From contig JAHFCY010000001.1 of the NCBI GenBank assembly GCA_023249255.1, positions 20,058 through 54,127 on the forward strand: a stretch of DNA of 34,070 nt, written 5' to 3'. Every line of letters starts with the position of its first letter. Position 1 is the stretch's first letter. Positions 1 to 6,800 of the stretch are shown piece by piece. Position numbers and translations under genes: made by a program. Source of the DNA: Candidatus Lindowiibacteriota bacterium (GTDB lineage Bacteria; Lindowbacteria; 2-12-FULL-62-27). Under the pieces are notes generated by a model that did no database searches, was not told the origin of the DNA, and worked only from the letters and a program-made list of their open reading frames with translations.

Positions 1-317
1 GGAAATATGAATCTCAGGACGTATGCGGCGAGCGTCGCGCCGATCAGCTGGGCAATGATGTAGCGCACGCCCTCGCACGCGGAAATTTTCTTCGTTACCA
101 TCATGCTGACGGTCACAGCCGGATTGATGTGCGTTCCGGACACATGTCCGAAGGCGTAGACCATCGCCATGATCGTCAATCCATGGGCGAACGCAATTCC
201 AACCAGGGAAACGGCACCGCCCGACCAGGCCTGAACAGCGACAGATCCCGCGCCGATGAAAATAAGCGCGAACGTGCCGACCAATTCGGCGACATACTTG
301 GATGATTTACATTCCAT
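1..317 (-). CDS. MIP-family channel (aquaporin/aquaglyceroporin), N-terminal part; the C-terminus lies beyond the window edge
   Basis: My reverse-strand translation from ATG 317..315 gives MECKSSKYVAELVGTFALIFIGAGSVAVQ...AFGHVSGTHINPAVTVSMMVTKKISACEGVRYIIAQLIGATLAAYV. This contains the first NPA box (HINPAVT) and the helix pattern typical of AqpZ/AqpM-like channels. It is absent from the ORF track because there is no stop codon inside the window. Confidence 0.8.
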   Translation of the reverse strand, partial: MECKSSKYVAELVGTFALIFIGAGSVAVQAWSGGAVSLVGIAFAHGLTIMAMVYAFGHVSGTHINPAVTVSMMVTKKISACEGVRYIIAQLIGATLAAYVLRFIF

Positions 318-429
318 GGGAAATCCCTCCTTGTGTTGTCGTGGTTGAGTATAACTGTCTTATCGAACCGACCGGCGGAAAACTGAAAGGGGAAGTCATC
401 CCGCGACGCCGACCGCGCCGTTGAAGACA

Positions 430-1548
430 ATGTCCAGCGAAGCTATGGACGAGACCATGAAATTCGATTCGATCGTCATCGGCGGCGGGCCGGCCGGGCT
501 GGCTTGCGCCATCCGCTTATCCCGAATGGGCATGAAGGTTCTCCTTGCCGAACGGCGCCACCTTCCGCAGGAAAAATGCTGCGGCGAATTTCTCCATCCG
601 ACAGCAGTGCGTGAACTTGAAGCGTTGCTGGGAAAGACGCCGGCCGGACAGCCTATCGACCGTGTGAGAATTTCGGCGCTGGACATTTCACGCGAATTTG
701 ATTTATCGACACCAGCGATGGCAGTGGAACGACGCGCGCTCTCAAAAGCGCTGATCGAAGCCGCAACGCGCACCGGCGTCCAAATTTCCGAGAATATGGA
801 AGCGGATATTCTCCGCGCCGATCCGAACAGGTTCGAAATCCGGATCGGAACCAACAGCGCTCATTCCGAAAGGCTGATTTTAGCCGAGGGCGCATCAGCG
901 GCGATGACGAACAAAATCAAAGTGGCCAAACCGGTATCCCGTGTCGTCTACGGATTTTCGGCCCGGATGGAGGCGGTGTTTGACCGCAAGGTTGCATTGG
1001 CTGCCGTTTCAGGCGGGTATGCGGGATTGTGCGATCTCGGAGGCAATTGCGTTAACATCGCAGGTCTTCTGCTGCCTGCCGCGTATCGCCGACTGGCTCC
1101 GAACCAGCCGGGATTTGGCGCGAGATTGCTGGCCGAAATTCCGGTGTGGGCCAAAATTGTCCAGCCCGATCTGATTGCCACGAAATTTCAAGCGCCTGTT
1201 TGCGCCGATGAAATACGCGGGGACGCACTGCCGAACGGCGCATTTGTGGTCGGAGACTGCGGCGGGATGAGCGAAACCGCATTTGGCGACGGAATCGCCC
1301 GGGCATTCGTTCATGCAAGGATTCTCGATGAAGTCCTTCATCTGCATTCCGGAAATTCAAAAAATGTTGCGCGGGAATACGTCCGACGGATCAAAAACTC
1401 TTTGCATCGTCCGAATCGGTTTCTACTTAGGCTTGCGGGAGAATTACTGCGTTCGCCGATTTTGGCGAGGACATCTCTTCGTGTCGCCGGATCCTGGATT
1501 CACTCCATGGTCAGGCGTGCGACGGAACCTGCCGGGGTTCCCTCTTAA
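430..1548 (+). CDS. FAD-dependent oxidoreductase (geranylgeranyl-reductase-like flavoprotein), substrate unknown
   Basis: ORF 421..1548. It has an N-terminal dinucleotide-binding motif, KFDSIVIGGGPAGLACAIRLSRMGMKVLLAER, and a later GD motif (FVVGDCGG). Candidate starts are TTG421, ATG430, ATG445 and ATG457, and the exact start is unresolved. Confidence 0.65.
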   Translation: MSSEAMDETMKFDSIVIGGGPAGLACAIRLSRMGMKVLLAERRHLPQEKCCGEFLHPTAVRELEALLGKTPAGQPIDRVRISALDISREFDLSTPAMAVERRALSKALIEAATRTGVQISENMEADILRADPNRFEIRIGTNSAHSERLILAEGASAAMTNKIKVAKPVSRVVYGFSARMEAVFDRKVALAAVSGGYAGLCDLGGNCVNIAGLLLPAAYRRLAPNQPGFGARLLAEIPVWAKIVQPDLIATKFQAPVCADEIRGDALPNGAFVVGDCGGMSETAFGDGIARAFVHARILDEVLHLHSGNSKNVAREYVRRIKNSLHRPNRFLLRLAGELLRSPILARTSLRVAGSWIHSMVRRATEPAGVPS

Positions 1549-2948
1549 GAACCTGTATCGGCCAGATTGTGGCCGCACCACGGTTTGGGGCACAGTTCGC
1601 GTTCTTTCATCGACACGCAGTTGAAGTCCGTGCGCTGGTCGATCCCGGCCGCCAAGGCGCCCGCGTACAACCGGATCCAGAAATTTGCGCGCGTAGCGGC
1701 ATCCAGATGCGTCCAGTCTTCCGACCAGCGATGGCTCACGCGTTCGTATTTGGATCGGATGAGACCGGCAATGTGTTTTGGATGCCAGCCTTTGCGACTC
1801 AGATATCGCGCAATATTTTGCAGATGGGTTGGCTGAAGGACGTTGGGGTTGGGCCATGAAAGCGGTTGAGCGATGCAGGGCGGGAGACGGCGAAAGTCCA
1901 GCGCATCGTATGTTCGAGGCCATGTCGCCGGGTCATCGTGGTCGACGGAATCAAATTCGCGGTGAAACACGGCTAACGGATCGGCTTCGTAATCCCGGAT
2001 CACCTTTTCGAAACTTTCCGCCGCATCGGGCAGACGGCAATCGCCTTCCCGCGCCATCTCCGACGACGCAAAAAAATTTCTGCGGGCGGCCATCAGATCT
2101 TCAAGACTATGGCAGGCGCGGCGGGGCAGGGTGATCTGGACGGGAATGTTTCGGGCAATGTCCCGACCGACCTTGTAGATTTGGATTTTGTGTTTCTGGT
2201 GCGTCGAGAACGGACAGCGGATATCACGCATGGTGATCGGATCGCAGAACGCGGACAGGTCCAGCGAGATCGCCTCGCGGGCGCCGTTCCCGGTCCGGCC
2301 GGTAACGATGTCGGAAAACACAACCGGCACGGGGCTTTCGGCGCCAACCGCGCGCAGAATGTCATGACAGATGAACTCCATCACGCGCCCAAGCCCGTCG
2401 AACGCGTGGCCATGCCGCAGCGACACGCGGCGGTGGCGGTGAGCCGTTATCGCATTGTATTTCGCCGCGAGCGTGTCCGACACCTGTCCAAGATTTTCGA
2501 GTGAATTGTCGGCCGGCGTGTCAGCCGGAATTTTCCATGCGAAATGGTAGCCCTGACCGGTCATAAAGGTCAGATGCGGGATGTTCCAGCGGGACAGTCT
2601 GTCCTGAATGATTTGATAGAGCGGTTCGAGTTTTTTAAAACAAGCCAGCGGGTTGTAATAGATTTCTCCGGCGTAATCGATGTTGAAGTATTCCACATCA
2701 AGAACCGCCACCGTCGATTCCTTGTCCCACAGGGACCGAAAGACATCGAGGCCGTGGTCGAGGATCCAGTGAAATCCAGAGATATCCGCAGACGTGAATT
2801 CTTTCCGATGCATCGTTTTGAGATACGCGCCATAGCCGACGAGGTATTCTGCCGTGAAGGACAACGGTTCGGCGCTCGCGCCGCCGCAGTACTCGGCGAT
2901 CCGCTCCCGCACATACGGCGTCGCGTAGTACTCGATGGGGTTGTTCAC
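1545..2948 (-). CDS. Hypothetical protein with an AEP (archaeo-eukaryotic primase)-like catalytic domain fused to a PriL-CTD-like 4-Cys domain (inferred from motifs)
   Basis: 467-aa ORF with a GTG start at 2948 that overlaps the upstream gene's stop (GTGA). Motif I-like is VAVLDVEYFN (DxE). Motif II-like is FMTGQGYHFAW (sGxGxH). Motif III-like is ISLDLSAFCDPITMRDIRCPFSTHQKHK (D...R.P.S.H.K). The C-terminal part has LPPCIAQPL...THLQNIARYLSRKGWHPKHIAGLI, then Cys444, Cys453 and Cys458, resembling the FPPC(M/I) Fe-S domain of PriL. That this is a real CDS is near certain; the confidence value refers to the functional call. Confidence 0.45.
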   Translation of the reverse strand: MNNPIEYYATPYVRERIAEYCGGASAEPLSFTAEYLVGYGAYLKTMHRKEFTSADISGFHWILDHGLDVFRSLWDKESTVAVLDVEYFNIDYAGEIYYNPLACFKKLEPLYQIIQDRLSRWNIPHLTFMTGQGYHFAWKIPADTPADNSLENLGQVSDTLAAKYNAITAHRHRRVSLRHGHAFDGLGRVMEFICHDILRAVGAESPVPVVFSDIVTGRTGNGAREAISLDLSAFCDPITMRDIRCPFSTHQKHKIQIYKVGRDIARNIPVQITLPRRACHSLEDLMAARRNFFASSEMAREGDCRLPDAAESFEKVIRDYEADPLAVFHREFDSVDHDDPATWPRTYDALDFRRLPPCIAQPLSWPNPNVLQPTHLQNIARYLSRKGWHPKHIAGLIRSKYERVSHRWSEDWTHLDAATRANFWIRLYAGALAAGIDQRTDFNCVSMKERELCPKPWCGHNLADTGS

Positions 2949-3664
2949 GACGATTCCAGCAAAAATACCGTCGGGCGATCGCGCAGATCCGGCGGCGGAC
3001 AGGCGCGCCAGGCAGCCATAGAATTTGTCCGAATTTCTTCGGATGGGGCGGTCAGATCGGACGCGACGCAGAACAGCGTTTTTTCATTGAGACAGGCGAG
3101 GGCGGCGGCGAATACGTCGCTGTTTCGATAGGGTGTTTCGATCCAGATGTGCGAGCGCGAGAATCGCCGGGAATCCGACTCCATATTTTTCAACTCTCGG
3201 CGGCGCTCGGCGGCGTCCCGTGACAAATATCCGTGAAAAACAAATCGCTGGCCGTTCAGGCCGGATCCCATCAACGACAACAACACGGCCGATGGACCGG
3301 CCAGAGGTTTCACGCGAACGCCGCGCGCGTGCGCAAGCCGCACAAGGGCCGCGCCGGGATCCGCCACAGCCGGACAGCCTGCGTCCGAAATCAATCCCCA
3401 CGATTCGCCGCGCTCAATCGGTTCGATCAGATGTTCAATCTCGGACGGCCGGGTATGTTCGTTCAGCAGGCGCAACGCCGCAGATTCGGATAAATGTGGA
3501 CCCTTCATCTTTTTCAAAAACGCCGACGCCATTTTTCGGCTTTCGCCAATGACACCGTCCAGCGTCGAAACGACGGACCGAATTGCATCGTCAGGATCTG
3601 TCGAGGCTTCGGCGGCAATCGGCGTCGGGATCAGATACAGGATTCCTGAAGTTTGAGATTCCAC
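2945..3664 (-). CDS. SAM-dependent methyltransferase, RsmI-like (tetrapyrrole-methylase fold)
   Basis: This is the C-terminal 240 aa of ORF 2945..4006. GILYLIPTPI, LISDAGCPAVADPG, KPLAGPSAVLLSLMGSGL, FHGYL and IWIETPYR parallel the E. coli RsmI blocks LYIVPTPIGN, VSDAGTPLINDPG, PLPGPCAAITALSAAGL, YEGFLP and IFYESTHR. I placed the start at GTG 3664 because homology begins there and the longer ORF would run through the divergent flagellin promoter and start. The start remains uncertain, with no clear SD. Confidence 0.7.
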   Translation of the reverse strand: MESQTSGILYLIPTPIAAEASTDPDDAIRSVVSTLDGVIGESRKMASAFLKKMKGPHLSESAALRLLNEHTRPSEIEHLIEPIERGESWGLISDAGCPAVADPGAALVRLAHARGVRVKPLAGPSAVLLSLMGSGLNGQRFVFHGYLSRDAAERRRELKNMESDSRRFSRSHIWIETPYRNSDVFAAALACLNEKTLFCVASDLTAPSEEIRTNSMAAWRACPPPDLRDRPTVFLLESS

Positions 3665-3720
3665 GACTGCACTATATTCAACCGGATGGCGGACGGCAAG
3701 AGCACGCGGCTGGCAGGCGT

Positions 3721-3748
3721 TCAAGCTTCGGCGCAAATCGGCCGATAT
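3721..3748 (+). promoter_or_regulatory. Sigma-28 (FliA)-type promoter for flagellin 1
   Basis: The sequence is TCAAGCTT-N12-GCCGATAT, against the consensus TAAAGTTT-N11/12-GCCGATAA. It lies about 140 nt upstream of the flagellin ATG. It has the same N12 spacing as the two other sites in this window. Confidence 0.55.
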
Positions 3749-3890
3749 GGTGTGTGAGACGCAGTTCAACTGCAGCCGTGACAACTTGACAGTCCCGGGG
3801 GGCTTCGATACACTCTGTCCACATCGTTCGACGGAGGCGGGAGGCCCCCAAAGGAATTGGGGGACAGAAACCAGTGGGAGGGAACCCAGA

Positions 3891-4706
3891 ATGGCTCTCA
3901 GAGTGAACGACGATTCAAATATTTTATCCGCACTGCGGCAATCCCAGATCAACCAATCCGACATCGGCAAGCGACTGTCGTCCATCGCGTCGGGGTTACG
4001 GATCAATCAGACATCCGATGACGCGGCGGGACTGGCAGTCGCCGAATCTCTGTCATCGCAAAGCCGTGGGCTTGACGTTGCCAGCCGAAACATACAGGAC
4101 TTCATGTCATTGACACAGACCGCCGAAGCCGGCCTGTCCGGAATCCAGAACATGTCTCAACGCATCAACGAACTTGCTCTACAGGCTTCAACCGGCACGC
4201 TGACATCCGAGGATCGACAGCTGATCCAGGGCGAGATCAGCCAGATTTCGCAAGAGATTGACCGGCAGGCGGGGTCCACCGAGTTTAACGGCACGCCGCT
4301 TTTGAACGGTTCCTTTTCCGGTTCGACGCAAATCGGCGCCAATCCCGGCAACGTGTTCACGCTGAATCTTTCGGCCACGACCGCCGCCGCTCTTGGGCTT
4401 ACCGGCATCGATGTTTCAACGCAGGCCGGCGCGCAGAACGCGGTCAGCGTTGCGCAGGGCGCCGTGAATTCCGTCGCCACGGAGCGCGCATCCATCGGTT
4501 CGACGATGAACCGTCTCCAGCTCGCCGCGGACACCGCCCAGGTAGCGCAGGAAAACACGCTGGCCTCCGAATCGGTGATTCGCGACTCCGACATGGCACT
4601 GGAAATGATCGGTCTTGCCGCGGCGCAAATCCGCAGCAACGCCGGGGTTGCGGCCCTCGCCCAGGGCAACATCAACCGTGAGAACGCCGCCCGGCTTCTG
4701 GGCTGA
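3891..4706 (+). CDS. fliC: Flagellin, minimal form (D0/D1 only, 271 aa)
   Basis: The internal start ATG3891 of ORF 3747..4706 is preceded by the SD GGGAGGGAA (3876-3884). The N-terminus reads KRLSSIASGLRINQTSDDAAGLAVAESL. The middle has STEFNGTPLLNG...TQIGANPGNVFTLNL...LGLTGIDV. The C-terminus reads IGSTMNRLQ...SVIRDSDMALEMIGLAAAQIRSNAGVAALAQGN...LLG. There is no outer-domain insert. Confidence 0.9.
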   Translation: MALRVNDDSNILSALRQSQINQSDIGKRLSSIASGLRINQTSDDAAGLAVAESLSSQSRGLDVASRNIQDFMSLTQTAEAGLSGIQNMSQRINELALQASTGTLTSEDRQLIQGEISQISQEIDRQAGSTEFNGTPLLNGSFSGSTQIGANPGNVFTLNLSATTAAALGLTGIDVSTQAGAQNAVSVAQGAVNSVATERASIGSTMNRLQLAADTAQVAQENTLASESVIRDSDMALEMIGLAAAQIRSNAGVAALAQGNINRENAARLLG

Positions 4707-4718
4707 CCTTTTGCCGTC

Positions 4719-5186
4719 ATGAAACTCGAGCGCGTTGCTCTGCTTCTGTTACGCCTTTACGTCGGATATTTATTTCTGACGGCCGGATGGCAAAAATGGA
4801 CGGCGGACCCATCATTTACAACCGGTGAAGCCCTCGGAACTTTCCTGAACAAATGTCTGACGGATGCCACGCCGGGCACCATCAGCGCCGCGTTAATCCA
4901 GAGTTATTATCTGCCGCACGTCAAACTTCTTGCGTGGTTTGTTGTCCTCGGTGAACTCGGAGTTGGTGCAGCGCTTCTGACCGGAACGGCGACCCGCATT
5001 GCCTGCGCCGCCGGCATAGTGATGAACTCGAGTTTTTTTCTCGCGACCAATGGAAGCTTTGCCTCGTTCGACAACAACGCTTTTTTTATTCTGATCCAGC
5101 TTGTTCTGCTCACCACCGCCGCAGGCCGGTTTTTCGGCGTTGACTATTTTTTAAGCAAAAAATTCTCCAACAATTATCTCTGGTAA
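4719..5186 (+). CDS. DoxX-family integral membrane protein
   Basis: 155 aa with four predicted TM segments. The N-terminus LLLLRLYVGYLFLTAGWQKW is typical of DoxX. It starts only 12 nt after the flagellin stop. Confidence 0.6.
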   Translation: MKLERVALLLLRLYVGYLFLTAGWQKWTADPSFTTGEALGTFLNKCLTDATPGTISAALIQSYYLPHVKLLAWFVVLGELGVGAALLTGTATRIACAAGIVMNSSFFLATNGSFASFDNNAFFILIQLVLLTTAAGRFFGVDYFLSKKFSNNYLW

Positions 5187-5199
5187 ACGGGAGCCGGAC

Positions 5200-5823
5200 G
5201 TGACCGTGACGATCGATCGCGGCGCCGCCCTCAAGGAATGGGCGGCTGTGGTCAAAGCTCTCGAATCCGGGACACAAGTCCTGATCCTGCGAAAGGGCGG
5301 AATTCGCGAGGAGGGGTTTTCGGCCGAAGCCGCCGCCTTCTTTTTTTATCCCACCGGATTTCATCAGACAACGGACAAACTTCGGTCGGAACACATCCAT
5401 TTCATGGAAGAGGCGATGGCAGACCGGCCGCCGGAAGGGCGGGTGCGCATCCGGTCGATGGCGCAGACCGCCGGAGTGTTTGCCGTGCCGGACGAGGACA
5501 AACTTGCGTCCCTTGCCGGCGAATACGTCTACACGGTCGACGAAATGAAAAAACGCCACGAATTCAGGCCGGGTGACTCCCTGACCGCGCTGGCCGTCCG
5601 GGTTTATATACTGAAACAGCCGGCGGAGATTCTGCTGAAAACAAATTATGGCGGTTGCGTCTCGTGGGTTCATCTAGAAGATCCGGTGTCAACGGAGGGC
5701 GCGAAACCCGTCCTCTCCGACGACGCATTCGATCAACGGCTCCGCCGCATCCGTGACATCCTTTCACCCCGCTCACATCCATCCATGGACTCCGCCGGGG
5801 TCCCTCCATCCAACCGGTCATAG
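5200..5823 (+). CDS. DUF1802-like protein
   Basis: GTG start. ALKEWAAVVKALESGTQVLILRKGGIREEGF...FFFYPTGFHQ matches my recollection of the DUF1802 N-terminal signature. The C-terminal tail is low-complexity. Confidence 0.5.
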   Translation: MTVTIDRGAALKEWAAVVKALESGTQVLILRKGGIREEGFSAEAAAFFFYPTGFHQTTDKLRSEHIHFMEEAMADRPPEGRVRIRSMAQTAGVFAVPDEDKLASLAGEYVYTVDEMKKRHEFRPGDSLTALAVRVYILKQPAEILLKTNYGGCVSWVHLEDPVSTEGAKPVLSDDAFDQRLRRIRDILSPRSHPSMDSAGVPPSNRS

Positions 5824-5960
5824 ACCTTCACGCTCTCGCCGAACACATCCGGCAAAAATCCCGCGAGGTCGGATTTGATCTGGCCGGCCTAGCGCGGGCC
5901 GATCCTCCATCCCGCGCCGAATTTCTGGGCGAGTGGCTTGTACGCCGATTTGAAGGCGGC

Positions 5961-6800
5961 ATGGCTTACATGCGGCGGACGGCGGCTGAGCGGCGAAACC
6001 TCACAACGAAATTCCCCTGGGCGCGGAGTTTGATCTCGGTTGCGGCGCGGTATTCGTCCGACCGGCCGGACGTCGGGATTGCGCGGCACATCGCAAGATA
6101 CGCGCAGGGAGACGACTACCATGACGTACTGGATCGGCCGCTCGAAGAACTTGAAACGTTTATCCGGTCGGCCATTAATCCAAACACAGGACAACCCGCG
6201 AAAACCCGGCGCTATATCGACACCGGCCCGATTCTTGAAAAACTATACGCCGCCGAGACCGGAATCGGCTGGTTGGGAAAAAACACACTGGTTTTGAATG
6301 AACGTCTCGGCTCCTATTTGTTTCTGGGCGAAATCATCACCGATTTGGCCCTGCCGGCAGATCCACCCGCCACCGAGCGATGCGGAACCTGCACGCGCTG
6401 TCTGGACGCCTGTCCCACAAACGCCTTTGTCGCGCCCTACGTCCTCGACGCAACGCGCTGTATTTCGTATCACACGATCGAATCGCGTGAGCCGATTCCA
6501 CCGGACATAACCGCGAGGCTCGAAGGAAATTTTTTCGGATGTGACATCTGTCAGGAAGTCTGTCCGTGGAACCGCGAAGCAGTCGGCGCGGCGCCCACGC
6601 GGCCGGAATTCGAAACCCGGCCGGCTTATCGGACGACATCCGTCGAGGACATGGCATCGATGTCCGTCGAGGCGTTTCGGAAAATGTTTCGATCAAGCCC
6701 CCTGAAGCGCCCCGGGCTGGAGAAATTGAAGGGAACAGTATCTCTCATCGCCGATCATCCGGTCGATCAAGCGTCAACAAAAGGGCCGGCAGAAGAATAA
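5961..6800 (+). CDS. queG: Epoxyqueuosine reductase (tRNA queuosine biosynthesis); the conserved N-terminus probably extends upstream to about 5820
   Basis: There are two 4Fe-4S motifs, CGTCTRCLDACPTNAF and FGCDICQEVCPWNR, plus RCISYHTIE. Coordinates are given from the first canonical ATG. The same frame upstream (5757-5960) still encodes QueG-like sequence (IDLHALAEHIRQKSREVGFDLAGLARADP...FLGEWLVRRFEGGMAYM) but contains no ATG, GTG or TTG. Confidence 0.85.
   Translation: MAYMRRTAAERRNLTTKFPWARSLISVAARYSSDRPDVGIARHIARYAQGDDYHDVLDRPLEELETFIRSAINPNTGQPAKTRRYIDTGPILEKLYAAETGIGWLGKNTLVLNERLGSYLFLGEIITDLALPADPPATERCGTCTRCLDACPTNAFVAPYVLDATRCISYHTIESREPIPPDITARLEGNFFGCDICQEVCPWNREAVGAAPTRPEFETRPAYRTTSVEDMASMSVEAFRKMFRSSPLKRPGLEKLKGTVSLIADHPVDQASTKGPAEE

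Noticed and set aside
3761-3773. 13-bp palindrome GCAGTTcAACTGC just downstream of the flagellin 1 -10 element (possible operator)
   Set aside because: It is a single short palindrome with no second copy in the window, including the other flagellar promoters. I cannot distinguish it from chance.
3665-4006. N-terminal 114 aa of ORF 2945..4006 (MIRNPDAMDD...)
   Set aside because: Methyltransferase homology begins only at GILYLIPTPI. The extension would run through the flagellin promoter, leader, SD and start codon on the other strand, and it has no recognisable features.
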